A DNA stretch of 64,000 nucleotides from Eledone cirrhosa (GCA_964016885.1 OZ024747.1:8370001-8434000); one strand, 5' to 3'; shown: positions 29,097 to 43,679, numbered from the stretch's first letter. Made by a program: numbers and translations. The notes: generated from the sequence alone by a model not told the origin.

Positions 29097-29517
29097 CAGG
29101 CTTGGCTGTGTGGTTAATGTGTTTGTTTTTACAACCATGTGGTTCTGGGTCTAGGCTTGCAAATGGTCAACTGTTTTCTACTGTAGCTTTATGAGTGAAA
29201 TTTGGTAGACAGAAGCCCATTGTGTGTGTGTATCTGTGTAAGACAGAAGCCCATTGTGTGTGTGTATCTGTGTAAGACAGAAGCCCATTGTGTGTGTGTA
29301 TCTGTGTAAGATAGAAACCCATTGTGGGCGTGTGTATGGCTATATGTGTTTATGCTTGTACCTTATGTCCCATAAGTTAGTTCAACAAAAAGAGATTGAT
29401 AAAATAAATACCAGAGTTGAAAAAATAAGGGCTTGGGTCGATATGATTGATTAAATGAAGGCGGTGCCCCTGCATGGCTGCAGCCTAATGATGGAAACAA
29501 GTAAAGAATAAAAGAAT
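29097..29517 (+). mobile_element. tRNA-derived SINE with internal triplication and (AAAGAAT) tail
   Basis: tggctgtgtggttaa head; agacagaagcccattgtgtg x3; tail fragment also on the minus strand at about 45305-45430. Confidence 0.75.
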
Positions 29518-30296
29518 ATGCACACATGCATGCATGTATGTTTATTGCTACATGCACCATGAATCATTAAAGAAAATCTAAATAAAGCAAAAAATATTTT
29601 AAAATAATACAATCATGTGCTTTGATCCTAATTAAGAAAGATTATCATCTGAAGTGAAATTGATTTTTTTTTAATTTCTGGAAAAATCTTTCGAGACTTA
29701 TATTTCAACTTTAATTATTTATTTAATACAAAAACTCTGTTAGTAAATTTCTTTTCTTGTGAATAAATCTTCTAATTAGAAATAAAATAAAGTAGTATAA
29801 GGAATTAAAGAAAACACATTAGGTCTGAATTTCAATTAAGGCTAATAGGTTTAAACGATGAACAGAGAACAAACAAAACCAACTTTGTAACTGTTTGTTG
29901 TTGTTTTGTTTTTTTTCCTTAAACAAAATCAAAAAATAAATTAATGAAAAGACTAAAAAAATTATTTTGTTGTTTTTATTTTCTGTTGGTGGTTGGGTGA
30001 ATGAAACTACATTGTTATTTTCATCAAAAGAAAAAGAAAAAAATTTTTTTTTTATTTTCAGAATTTTATGTGATGCTCAAACATGATTCATTAAGTGTAC
30101 TCCTGGACTAATCATTCAGAGAAAAATTCTCCAAGACCCTCCCTTTAACAATTCTTAACCAGTGGTGGGAGTGGACTTCACTTATATATATCTAATCAAT
30201 TATAATTTTGTAGCCGAGTAAAATATTCAATACATTCTAAAAGACTTGAACTCTAAACAGGAAGCTATTATAAGGACAACCAGATGGTGTTGTGTA

Positions 30297-30695
30297 TCTA
30301 GTATACTCTATAAAGTGGTAGTGCTGGTGTCAGGATAAAATGAACCCAGTACACTCTATAAAGTGGTAGTGCTGGTGTCAGGATAAAATGAACCCAGTAT
30401 ACTCTATAAGGTGGTAGTGCTGGTGTCAGGATAAAATGAACCCAGTATACTCTATAAGGTGGTAGTGCTGGTTGCAGGATAAAATGAACCCAGTATACTC
30501 TATAAGGTGGTAGTGTTGGTGTCAGGATAAAATGAACCCAGTTCCCTCTATGAGTGGTAGTGCTGGTGTCAGGATAAAATGAACCCAGTACACTCTATAA
30601 AGTGGTAGTGCTGGTGTCAGGATAAAATGGACCCAGTATATTCTATAAGGTGGTAGTGCTGATGTAATGATAAAATGAACCCAGTATACTTTGTA
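30297..30695. repeat. 48-bp minisatellite, about 8 copies, inside a LINE/SINE 3' remnant
   Basis: cccagtatactctataaggtggtagtgctggtgtcaggataaaatgaa; followed by the tggacgttaaaaatgat tail at about 30810. Confidence 0.9.
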
Positions 30696-32567
30696 GAGTG
30701 TAGGAATGTACATAGACATGATGCAGCCCATGACCTGCCTGTGAGGAGAGTGGCTTCCATTGAGTGCTGATTTGGTCTGTGATGACCTCACTAACCTATG
30801 GGAAAAATGGACGTTAAAAATGATCATATGTGTATATATATAATGTGTTTGGGTCTGTGTATTTGTGTTAGGGTTGTATAAGTTATTCATATCATAATCA
30901 TCTTCATTGTAATTTTGCATTTATTTTCCATGTTCCCATGGGTTAGTGGAGTTGTAATATTTTGTGACTAGACAAGTTTCAGCTGATCACACTCATACAT
31001 TCTATTCTTGGCATCTGATTTCACAAGTTCCACCCAACTCAGTAAGTAATGAGGGATAGGATCTTATCAATCAATTCGACTAAGTAATATAAGAAACTTT
31101 CTCCTTATTAAGCTTGTGTTTTTGAGGCATGACTTAAAAAAAATTCTTATATAAAATTATAACAGAAGTTTTTTAGGTAAATATAAACACTTTAAAATAA
31201 ACAGATTTGTATCATAAAACCATGTCTAGTTTCAGTTAGTTTGGTATCGAAAAAGGTTAAAATTACTTGGTGACATTTAGAGCTAATAGGATTTTGCCAT
31301 CCCTCAATTTGTTCAAAACTTAGAGGTATTCGAATACCTTTTGCAATAAATTACCTTTCATTGATAGAGTTGAGGTGCTTTGGTGAGTGAATTCAGTATA
31401 AGAGTTTGTAACCAGCACATTCCCTTAGCATACATAATGCTAATATCAGATTTCTTTTCGTTAAACCTAAGAAAATATATCTATATTTCTTACTATTTCT
31501 AAAGAAATAGAATCTGTTGTTCTTTCAGTTATTTTTTTTCTCTCTTACATTATTCAAGTTCATTTCAATTCTATATTTTTCCTCAAAAACTAAGTAGAAT
31601 TCTACATTTATAGCAGAAGTTTGAATAGCAATTCATGCCTCTAAAATAAAACGAAAAAAAAAACATGATAATCTCATAACAAAATATACTGGTTAAGAAG
31701 AAAAAATCAAATATAATTTACCTTCAAACCATTAATGGTATGGCTATATTTAATTTTTTTTTTTACTATAACCTTTTGTGGCTTCAGTACATTACTGCTT
31801 TCAACATGTCAGGGTTAGAAATGTCATCAACAGAAACATGTTTAGGTCACAAAGGTTAGAGGAAATTCTCTTGCCAACATTCTTCCAAAATATATAAATT
31901 CATACAATAAATGTAGTTGGCTTTCTTTCACATTTACAAAAACCCCTTTTTTCACTGCCAATATTTTCAAAGGGCTACAGTTCAGCTGCAAGAGCAATTT
32001 TTTTCTAACATCCTTATCACTAGTATTAGGGGAGGGGGTGATATTGATGCTGAACTTCAAAAACAAGAATGTCTCTTTGGAAGTCGATGTGAAAGTGAGA
32101 ATACAAGTTAGAAAATAAAATTTTACAAAAAATATATATTTTTTGGAAGAATAATTTTAGTCATTTAAAACATACACAAAATCTGTTAACTTTACTTTAT
32201 ATTTATCATTATTTCTTGGTGTCAGTGACCAGGTCACAGACAGTGTGATGAAAATTTTCACACCAATGTCAAATGATAAATATGATAAATATAGACTAAA
32301 TTTAATAGTTTTGTGTGTATTTTATGACTAAAATGACTCTACCGTGCAGTCTCAGATGAAGTTACTGGCCAGACAAGAACAACTCCGAAATAATATTTCT
32401 TCATTTCCAAGAATTTAATATGAGTAATAAAATCAATATGATGTTAGAGATGTCAGCAAGAACACTGGAAGGGTATGTAGCAAAAAGTAAATGTGGTTGA
32501 TTCAACTAAATTACCAATATGAACTCACTCACCTACTGCCTACAGACAGTTACTATGGTATTAGTTG

Positions 32568-32930
32568 GGGAAGCAGCATGACCAAATGGTTAAGAAATTT
32601 ACTTTGCAATCGTTAGGACCTGGGTTCAATCCCACAACATGACATATAGCATCTTAGGAAAGTGTCATTTACTATAGACTTCGGCTTAACCCAGGCCTTG
32701 TGAATGAAATTGTGTAGGTAGAAACTGTTTGGAAGCCCAATGGATGGGCTGAACTTGTATTTCAAAGCACCAACCTTATACACACTGTGTCATGTTGAAT
32801 CTCCCTGAGAATTATGTTAAGAATACACATGCCTGTGAAATGCTCAACAATTTATATGTTAATTTAATGGACAAGCTGTTCCATTGATCAAACAACTGGA
32901 ATACTCATGGTAGAAACTGATGGAGTCCAT
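32568..32930 (+). mobile_element. tRNA-derived SINE family 3
   Basis: A/B boxes (tggttaag, gggttcaatcc); homologous to 13483-13830. Confidence 0.75.
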
Positions 32931-35321
32931 TGCACAGTGATACCTACAGACAGGTTATAAAGAGAAGAAATATTCCAGTGTTCTGGGAATTATATGTTGC
33001 TGTTGACCAAGATAACAATAGATACATGATATCATCATCATCATCATCATCCATTCGTTTTCCATATTGACATTAGTTGGTCAAGTCATCACGATCTGGA
33101 CTAGATTGATTCAAAAACCATATGTTGCTCATGTATTACATTTTTGGGGCATGATCTCTGTAGCTGAATTTCCTTTTTAATACTAACCCCTTTACAGAGT
33201 GTACTGGGTACATGTTTTGACATTAGCACTACCACTCTCTCTCTCTCTCTGTATATTTATATGCATGTATCTAATATATATATATGTGTGTGTGTGTGTG
33301 CCTATATGCATGTGTGTATATATATATATATAGATAGATAGATTGGCAGGTAAGTAGGTAAATATTTAAATTTTAATAAGAATCTTTTTTTTTTTTAATT
33401 TGTGGTTTTGTTTCATGGCACCAAAGCCAAAAAGTTACTACTTGTAATTGATGCCATGTTAACAGCTATTTCTCATTCTTGGAAATTATCTTTGCAGATA
33501 TACCAAACTTAAAGAAACAGCTGATCCCAACGAAATGTGTTTCCAATGAAGTTAAAACACATTTACTAATAATGGTAAGTTGAGTTGTCTCTTGCTATAT
33601 AGATGAAGGTGAACTAACGATTTTTTCTCTTGAGAATCTTTAACACCATGGAACTGTAATTTGATTTCAAATGATCAAAGCAGCTTTCTCTTCTGGATTC
33701 ATAATCGGTTTCCTTTATTTATTTATTTACTTCCTTATTTTTTATTTATTTACTTATTTTACTTATTAGTCAGGTCTCTTAGACAGCTGAGATCAAGGAA
33801 TGAAGATCTCCTCAAACCTGAGACCAGGATTGAATGCTTTTAAGAGATCTGAAGATTATGAATATTTATTTCCTTTTTACTGTTTAGTCAATGAGAGAAA
33901 AAAGTGCCCATGACCATTTTAGGGGCTTCTGAGGCTGCTGGAATTAAGAGAGGGAGAAAGGTATCCCGAAATTAAACACCTACTCTGAATGCTTCAAACA
34001 GTAGACTTTACTAAAGGTATTCAAAATCAGGTGGTGAGGGTGTTAAACTAGATGCTAGATTAAGTCTACCACTTGAGAATTTATCTTTATTAACTTGCAA
34101 TATCTTCCAATGTTGATTTTTTAAAATAATATTTTCTGAAAAAGGCAAATGTGTCAGTATTTTCTACAGTAACTCTTTCACTAAAGTTCTTTAATACCAA
34201 CTGGTTTCCTTTGACACTGCAGATAAAATATATAATATATAGCTTGGTTTATAAATTGTTGAAGTTTTCTACAGCAGGGGACATGTTTAAAACACATGCA
34301 TTACCTATCAGCAGAATCACAACTTGTACACTGCACACCAAATGGTACTTTATTAATCAACCTTAAAAAGATGAAAGGCAATGTTGACCTCAGTGGGATT
34401 TGAACTCAAATCACAGAGAGCCAGAATGCATTCTATGAAGCATTTTATCTGATGATCAAATGATTCCAAATCACTGCCTATACACAAATAAGATACATTT
34501 TTTTTAAATCGAAATTGTGCCATTACAAAGAGGGAGAAAATTTGAACTTTCTTGTGGACGCTCATTTTATTTTCCCTTGTATCAAGACTGCTCCCCACAT
34601 TGAAAATGTGTAGCTATGCACTAAATTAAATGATGAATAAATTATCTAACATGCCCCTGGTTCAAAATGGAAAACTGTTTATTTTCTAAAAACATTCCAT
34701 CACATTTTATCTAAGAACTTTTTTTATGTTCCAGACACCAGCTTAATAATGAGAAAGTTTGTTATATTTCTAAATCCCTTCAAATTCTTGATTATTTTCA
34801 AAATGATTTGAAATTCATAGGCAATGTCTTCCATTAGAAATATGGTAACGAAAGTGTCAACAAAATTCTCTCATAGTCTGTCTCTTGATCTTAAAGCAAA
34901 CCCTGCAACATATGAAGCAATTGATCAAAATAATGATACTGGCATGCTTAAATGTCTGGAATAGAGTATTTAAGTAAATGGAAATGATATTAGTTATAAA
35001 CTAATGTCTCATGAATATTAGACCGTGAAAACTGTGGTATAAAATAATTGAAGCTTTATAGATGATTGTGTTCTAAACATTTTCTAAACCCTCCAAAATC
35101 CATTTGCATCCTAAAAAGCTTTGTTGTTTCTCAGTTTGACCAGTCATATCGAACATCAGCCATACATTATAACAACTATCTTATACTGTATGTCAGCCAT
35201 ATTGAATAGTACTAACACTGTACACCAACTATATTGTACACCAACTATACCATACACCAACCATACTGCACACTAACTATACTGTAAACCAACCATACTG
35301 AACACTAACTATACTGTACAT

Positions 35322-36587
35322 CAGTGGTTCTCAAAGTGGGTGCTACCACCCCCTGGGGGTGTTAAGAAGGTCCAGGGGAACGCTCGGTCTAAGGGATCAG
35401 GTGGAGGGGCTACAAATGATATAATAGTATATTAAATATCAAATGATACATATTATATAGAAATATAGTAAAATAAAAAATATATAATATTTATTTATAC
35501 ATAGTATATATTATATTATTTATTATATATAAATTAACTATTTAATTTATTATATACTAGCAATGGTATAAGGGATAAGGTATTTTGGAACACGGGCCGC
35601 CAACAGACATAATCGTGGAAAAACTGCATGCCTGGACAATATGTAAAGAAAATAAACCGAATACTCTGATGACTGGATAATCTTTAAGATTTTCCTCGAT
35701 GAAGCAGGAAAAGTGCAGGTTTTCAGCTAATGCGGGCCCTAGGGGATCAAGAAAATGATTTTTTTTTATGTGCATAATATGCTTTGAAATTTTGGGACAA
35801 TCGGCTAGACGTAACGCCTCCAAAAAGCCCTAAAAAGCTGAAAGAAATTAAAAAGTTTTTCACCTAATGCGGGCCCTAGGCTATAAAAAAAGTTGGATTT
35901 TCTTTGCTCACGGTATGAAGAAGAGACTGACTAATACATGGTTGCAATTTCAAGGAAATCGGTCTGACGTAACGCCTCAAAAAACCCTTAAAAAGCTTAA
36001 AAAACGCAGTTTTTCACCTAATGCGGACCCTAGATCAAAATGTTGAATTTGTTATGTGTATAACACTCCCTGAAACATAAGTAATACACATGTAAAGTTT
36101 GAAAAAAATCGGTTGGGTACTTCTCGAGTTTTAGGGATTCAAACTCTCTCACACACACACACACAGACACACACCCTCAGGGAAGTGACGTAATGCAGAC
36201 AGCCAGACATACAGACAGATATTATAAGGGCGCGACGTTATATGTATGTATCTATCTAAAAAGAGAAAGACTAAGAATTATAGAGAGAGATTTGCTAAAT
36301 CGCCTAATACGGTCCCTAGGGCATTGAAAATTTGAAATTTTCTTTGCTCAGAACACTCCCTGAAACATAAGTATTATATGTGTAAAGTTTGAAAACAGTC
36401 GGTTGGGTGGTTTTCGAGTTTTAGGGATTCAAACTCACACACACACAGACAGACATCCTCAGTTTTATATATAAGTAGATTATTTACAATTTGCGTTAGA
36501 CAGGTCTCTCTGGAAATAGGAGGGGGGCGTTGAGGGTATTACGTGGGCGTGAAGTGGGCGGTGGCCCAAAAAGTTTGAGAACCTCTG
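35322..36587. mobile_element. Non-autonomous hAT (Charlie-like) DNA transposon
   Basis: TIRs CAGTGGTTCTCAAA / TTTGAGAACCTCTG; 8-bp TSD ctgtacat (35314-35321) / ctgtacac (36588-36595). Confidence 0.88.
35557..36479 (-). mobile_element. Non-autonomous Helitron-like element nested in the hAT element
   Basis: Minus strand A^TCTACTTATATATAAA...(CTGT/GT)n...CTAG^T; no TSD; internal repeats with a ctaatgcgggccctag anchor. Confidence 0.75.
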
Positions 36588-36806
36588 CTGTACACCACAC
36601 CAACACCTTTGTACACCAACCATACTGTATACATGCACAACATCAACTGGTTTAATCCACCCCAAAGTCTGAATGTAGCATCCAATACCACCAAAACATC
36701 CTAATTCGTCAGAAATACTACCCTGAAAGTTAACTACAGCTGTACTTTATGTGTTGAGATGGAAATCCTGATGGACACTGTCATGACATGGCATTTCTTG
36801 GGCACT

Positions 36807-37000
36807 TTAACATTTTAACATTTAAACTGGCCATATCCAGCCAGAATTTTCTCACTTCTTTCTGTCCAAACCAGTTGTAACTGGCCACTCATACCAATGT
36901 TAAGGTATTGTTCTCAAAATAAATATCAAAATCTCATAGATTTTATATTATGTGAAAATACAATAGTATATATAGAGTAATGTAATTGCTAAAGGGTTAA
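36807..37000 (+). mobile_element. piggyBac-like MITE family P2
   Basis: TTAA...AAAGGG-TTAA; second copy at 51691-51846 begins TTAACCCTTT. Confidence 0.65.
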
Positions 37001-37429
37001 ACTTGGCAAGCTCATTCTCCCTTCTAGGTTTGAACACTGCCAATATCTTCCATAACTATCTTGCTCGGGGGGGGGGGGGGTCTACCCCTGTGTCTCCTGC
37101 CATTGTTTCAACATTAATTTATTCCCAACTCAAACTGAAACACTCTTCAACAAACCTGATGGAGGACCACTCCATTCCATTTCTCTTCTTTTTCCATATT
37201 TCTTTATCACTTCTTATAACTAAACTATCTCCAAATATATTCTCTCAGAGAATAATCAGGAACGTGGCCCCTCCTTTTCTCATAACTGCAAAATGGTCTG
37301 ATCTTTCATTTATCAATAAAATCTTGTACACCTTTTAACTTTATTGCTATTCTAATATCTCCCTCACTCTTTTTCTTTATTCCATCCTTTATTTACCAGC
37401 CCCATTTTCTCTTTCTCTCTCCACCCATC

Positions 37430-37939
37430 TATATATATGCTTGTGTATACATATATGTGTGTATATATGTATGTATATATATATATATATGGATGTATAT
37501 ATATATATATATATATATATGGATGTATATATATATATATATATATGGATGTATATATATATATGGATGTATATATATATATATGGATGTATATATATAT
37601 ATATATATGGATGTATATATATATATATGGATGTATATATATATATATATATATGGATGTATATATATATATGGATGTATATATATATATATATATGGAT
37701 GTATATATATATATATATATGGATGTATATATATATATATATGAATGTATATATATATATATATATGAATGTATATATATATATATATGGATGTATATAT
37801 ATATATATATACATTCATATATATATATATATATATACATTCATATATATATATATATACATCCATATATATATATATATATACATCCATATATATATAT
37901 ACATCCATATATATATATATGGATGTATATATATATATG

Positions 37940-38008
<69 letters not shown>

Positions 38009-38045
38009 GGATGTATGTATATATGAATGTGTGTATGTATATATA
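37430..38045. repeat. GGATGTA(TA)n minisatellite with an internally inverted block
   Basis: Units read catccatat/cattcatat (reverse orientation) at about 37811-37910. Confidence 0.9.
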
Positions 38046-38769
38046 ATCTCCACTCACAGTTACTTCTTACTTTATCATGAAACCTTACTTTATATTATTT
38101 ACAAAGTAATAATAATATTTTCCTTCCTTATTGCATTTAACACCTTTCCATGTCTTGTTTCTGCAGCTATACAACTCCTGTCCATCTTACTCTTATTTTC
38201 CCTGCTTCTTTCTATCTAAATTCAGTCAACTGTACCCTGTCTTATTTACTTCTTCCCCACTGCAATCCCTAGTAAATTCTCCATTTCCCCCATAAAATTT
38301 ATTGTTTCCAATATCATACACTGTACCTCCATTAAATCCACTTTATTTCTCTGTCATCTCCTCCATGTTTCTAAATTTCTTTATCTTTCTCTTCTTTGGT
38401 GTTACTCCGCTTATCCCCCTTACTCTAACCTCTCTTTCCATCTACAACCTCCACCCTACTCTCATCTCTTATCCTGTTCCTTTTATGTATACACACATCA
38501 TTGTTTTATTATCCTGACTCTTTTATCTACAGCCTTTTTATCTAGAATAACTTGTCAAACATTAAATGTTTATTTTTGAATTTTTAGAATCTCCATATTT
38601 ACAAACCTCATCTTGACCAAATATTTAACAACTATATAAATATGTTATTTAGATAAACATTTTAGTCATACCAAAAGGTGTTAACATGAAACTCACAGTA
38701 ATGATGGCAGAAAATTTCAGTTTTAATTACTGATATTATTATTAATTATAATATTAATAATAATAATAA

Positions 38770-39345
38770 TTGTTTCTACTTTTGGCACAAGGCCAGCAAC
38801 TCACCAGTGTATTACTGGTACTTTATTTTATCGACCCCGTAAGGATGAAAGGCAAAGTTAACCTTGGCGGGATTTGAACTCAGAATGGCAAGGGTAGTAA
38901 CTCTATGCGTCAAAGCATGGCGTCCGACCCTCTACCGATACTGCCAATCCCCGCCAATAATAATAATAATAGTAATAGTAATAATAATAGTAATGGTTTC
39001 TGATTTAGGCACAAGGCCAGCAATTTTGAGGGAGGGAAAAGTCTTCCTTTGATCACAAAGGACCATGGGATTTGTATGCAGAAAGTACCCCTCTGAGGCA
39101 CAAGTCCAGGGTAAATTGTTTGTGGAAGACCAACAGTCTCCCATGTATACCAGTCTCCCTTCTGCACACGCCTGATGTTGTCCAAGGGAAAGACAATGGG
39201 CGATATAGCTTGGCTGAGTAAACTTGAGCAACATGAAATAAAGTGTCTTGCTCAAGGACACAACACACCACCCAGTTTGAGAATCAAACTCACAACTTCC
39301 AGATTACAAGATCAACACTCTAACCACTAAGCCATGGACTTTCAC
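38770..39345 (-). mobile_element. Two adjacent SINEs (family 2 at 38770-38955; family-1 head chimera at about 38995-39345)
   Basis: Reverse complements match the family motifs. Confidence 0.8.
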
Positions 39346-39395
39346 ACACACTTCCACCCTGCTCGTCCCTTCAATCTATCTTATTTCACATTCTT

Positions 39396-39431
39396 TCTTT
39401 TGATGAAGGACTAGCGTCCAAAACGTTAAGA
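39396..39431 (+). ncRNA. Degenerate minimal hammerhead motif, family B
   Basis: TCTT-tTGATGA-aGGAC tagc GTCC-aAAA-CG-TT^AAGA; two core substitutions. Confidence 0.45.
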
Positions 39432-40029
39432 CCCTCTTCCTGCTATATCAAGCATTAACCTAATATATTCCTTCCATATACTGTACTAATTGCCTTGTTA
39501 TTTATGTTTACCTTTTACATGCATATATATATATATATATATGTATATTTCACTTTCTCTCTGTCTATCTTTCTGTGGAATATATATATATACACACATA
39601 TATATATATACACACACACATATATATATATATATATACACACATATATACATACATATATTTCTCACTTTCTCTCTATCTTTCTGCAGAAGAAGTTATC
39701 GGCTATGTTCTGACCTGGAGATGGATGGGCTCCATCAGGTTTAAAATGCTCAAAACGCATCAAATGTCAAGAAGGCGCCCCTGTGACTCAGCAGTCTCAA
39801 CAGTAAACGGCCCTTTACTTTTTAACTTATTGCAGTAAAAAGCTGTGTGTTCTAGTTGATCCCGTCAGAGCTGTCAGTAGTTTGTTTTGATTCTATTGCT
39901 CCATTGCTTCCATTATTCACACAACTTCCATCACAGTTTAAACAGTGAGAAACCTATCATCTAAGATTTATTGCATTACAAAAACTCCATTGCCCACACT
40001 CCAAAGTTCACTGACCACCATAACCCCCA

Positions 40030-40472
40030 CCCCCTCTTCTTTCTTGCTTGCTTTCTTCTTCTTCTTTTTCTTTTTCTTTCTTTTTCTTCTTTTTCTTTTT
40101 CTTTTTCTTCTTCTTTCTTCTTCCTTTTCTTTTTTTCTTCTTTCTTCTTTCTTCTTCCTTTTCTTTTTTTCTTCTTTCTTTCTCCTTTTTTCTTCTTTCT
40201 TCTTTTTCTTCTTTTTCTTCTTTTTCTTCTTCTTCCTCTTCTTTCTTCCTCTTCTTTCTTCCTTTTCTTTCTACTTTTCTTTTTTCTTCTTTCTTTCTCC
40301 TTTTTTCTTCTTTCTTTCTCCTTTTTTCTTCTTTCTTCTTTTTCTTCTTTTTCTTCTTTTTCTTCTTTTTCTTATTTTTCTCCTTCTTTTTCTTATTTTT
40401 CTCCTTCTTCTTCCTCTTTTTCTTCCTTTTCTTTCTTTCTCCTTTTTTCTTCTTTTTTCTTCTTCTTCTCTT
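40030..40472. repeat. Polypyrimidine (CTT/CTTT) tract
   Basis: About 440 bp almost purely C/T. Confidence 0.92.
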
Positions 40473-42385
40473 TGTTATTCTTTGTATTTTTATTTTACTA
40501 TTATTATTGGCCAAACTATTTTGTGTCTCTCTCTCTCTATATATATACATATGTGTGTGTGTGTGACTGTCTGTGTGTGTGTGAGAGAGAGAGAGACTGT
40601 GTGTGTCTGTGTGTGTGTACATGTCACTTTTGAGTTATTGACTTGCTTTTTTTATTTACTTATTTATTTATTCTGTTCTGGCATGATTGATTGCTGTGCC
40701 ATGGTTCAGTGCAACTACTACAGCAACAACAACAACTACAGCAACATAACAGCAACAATGACCACTGCTACAACATAAACAATGACAACAACAACTGCAA
40801 TGACTTCAACAACAACAGTAACAATGACAATAACAACATCTACAACAAATTGGTTTGTCAAGATCACAAGAGAAAAGTTTATTCACAATCCAGGAAAATA
40901 ACAATAAAATTAACTTTTTACCTCTTCAGTATCCACATCAAAAGAAATACTCACTGATCTCTCTCTCTCTCACTCTCCCTCCTTCTCTCTCTCTCCCTCT
41001 CTCTCCCACTCTCTCTTCTCCATCTCCCTCTCCGGCTCTCTTTTTCTCTACACCATCACCCTCTTCCTTTTTCTCTCTCCCTCCCCACACTCTCCCTCTC
41101 TTCCCCTCTTTATTTCTCTCTCCTGCACCCCCTCTCTCTCTCTCTCTGAGTGGATAGCTATTATCTCTCTATATATATTTCTCTCTCACTCTGTCTCTGT
41201 CGTTTTTCTCTCTCTCCCATCTTTTTGCAGGCAGACAGCCAGCATCTTTTTCTCTGTCTGTCTCTGTCTTTCACTCCCCCCCCCCCTCTCTCTCTCTCAG
41301 TAGACAGTCAGCATCTTTGTCTCTTGACCTTTACAATGCTACTTCCACATAATTGCTGGCTTTCAGAAGAAATCACTTCTATTTACCATAAAACGCCACC
41401 ACCATTATCCTCATCATCACCACCATCAACACCACCACCATCATCATTGTTTTTATCATCATCCTCACCATCACCATTTATATTTGCATCATTATCATGT
41501 TTCATCATCATCATTGCCATCATTATCCGTATCAGCACCTATATCATCATCATCATCATTATCCTCCTCCTATTATCATCACAAACTATGAAACTACTAG
41601 TTCCATGAAATTTAACTAAAAACTTGAAATATATAACTTAGCTCTATATTTACATATTGAGAACTCATTGTTTCACACTACAAAATCACACTAAGTAACT
41701 ATGTATGTGTGTGGTGGAGTCTGTCCGTCTTTGTGTATTTTAGTATCAGCACTGTTTAAAGCGAGTGATGGTATTTATTTATGTTCTGCACAAGCAATAC
41801 ATCCCAGTTAAGCAGTATATATCTTACTTAAAAATTTAGTATGGGTTGGCATGAGGAAGAATATTTGACCCATGGAAACACTGCCTAAAAAAATCCTATC
41901 CAACCTATACCAACATGGAAATGGGAGACATAAAAAACACTGATGATGATTATAAGGTGGAGAGGAGTAGAAGGAGGAGGAGAAGGAGGAGAATGAGAGT
42001 TTGTAGGAGGGAGTTTGATAAGTTCAGGTGATGTCGAGTGAAAAATCTGCAATTTTTATCTGCAAGACCCTCAAGACATTCACGGCAACTGAATTTATAG
42101 AATTTTCTCTGAACTCTGCTATAAATAATCATGTTGTGAAAGGAGTGCCTAGAACTTAGGCTATACCCACAAGTTCCATTCTACAGTTATATTAAGAAAC
42201 AAGTTTCTTAATTATATCTATACATATATAACAGTGTTACAATTTGCTTGAAGCATTGTGCAAAGTGTAGAAAACAGTGTTTTATTAGAAGGTTATAGCA
42301 ATGCAAATAAAATATCAAATGTTAAAAATAATGTCACAAAGATGTTGACACAAAATATTTTCCTCTAAATTAGTTTCCTCAGCTC

Positions 42386-42424
42386 TTCTTTTGATGAAGG
42401 GATTTTATCCTGAAATATTAAGGA
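42386..42424 (+). ncRNA. Degenerate minimal hammerhead motif, family B
   Basis: TTCTT-tTGATGA-aGGGAT ttt ATCCT-GAAA-TA-TT^AAGGA. Confidence 0.45.
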
Positions 42425-43634
42425 CTATCAAACAACTCCAAAATAACATACCAACATCATTTGGGACGCCACAGTTAATAATTCTTGTGCTGTTTTCCAC
42501 ATCCTGAACGGAATAAAATTCTAAAATACCAGGAATTATCAACTATTTTTATAGCCTGAGATGTTTGAAAAATGTGGGGTACATATGTAGCTGACAACAA
42601 GGATCATGCCACTGTTGCCACCTCACCTGTACCAGGTAATGCTACTGGAATGAGTGCTTGGTTATTCCAATGCCTTAATCTTGCTATCAACTGATGCAAT
42701 GATGTGAGGGAGTTGGCTTGCCTCAAAAATTATTACAGTGAAATGCCATCCCTTGGGACATATGATTGCATGTCCATGTCTTCTCCCACTATTGCCCCTA
42801 TTTTTTTTTTTTATATAAATTGTGTTTATTTGTATGCATTCTATTGAAATAAGTTGGTGTTTGGAACATAACTCAACAAAGATTCTTACATAAAATTATG
42901 ATGGAAGGGTTTTTGATAAATGCAAACACTTTAAGGAAGATAGTTTTATATGATAGAACCAGAGGCAGTTTCTTGTTAAAATACTACTCAAGATTGAATT
43001 CCTAAGAAATGCATCCTTTATTAATTTTACAGAAAAAGGGAGAAATGACAATTTCCCCAGATTTCTTATTTTTTTTGTTGGTAGATAGAGTAACTTTGTT
43101 TTGTTTGTTTTAATTTAGCAAGTGAAGTTGAAAACTTCACAATGGATTTCTATATTATCAAATACTGCCATGTAATTCCTCACAATGAAGCTTTACTTTC
43201 TGAATGTGAACAGAATACATATGTCATCTCAAGTATGAAAGATAATGATAAAAACTATCATAGAAATGATGTCTTAGGGGATTATTTACAATCTTTGTCA
43301 CTGAATGATGACAGGAAAACATTTAAGTATCTGTCTAGAGTTGTAGAAGTTTAGTTTGTAATACCGCATTAATGCTACCAAAGAAATCTTGGAAGAATAT
43401 ATCTTGTTTATAATACACTGTGTTTATTGTTTTGTTGTTGCTGTTATATATATATACACCACATGGTCTGCAATAGCTAATACATCAAGCTTGTGTATTA
43501 AGTGCATCCATAATTTAAAATTTAAAAATCTGTATGTTGACATAGACATGTACTCAAAAGTAGCTAAAAACTATAAAAATCCAGCATTTCTAGAAAGTTT
43601 TGCCAGCATTTACTACCATTTTCCAGCACACTCT

Positions 43635-43679
<45 letters not shown>

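Noticed and set aside
33770-33855. Short inverted repeat tcaggtctctta / taagagatctga
   Set aside because: Only 12 bp, imperfect, and no intact ribozyme core between the arms.
34443-34475. ttttatCTGATGA hammerhead-like start
   Set aside because: It lies in a decayed SINE head with no stem II-GAAA; the same lack applies to CTGATGA at about 8315, 41940, 56147 and 62550.
43119-43354. Possible coding exon (70-aa ORF after a T-rich AG)
   Set aside because: No recognisable domain and no clear splice donor.
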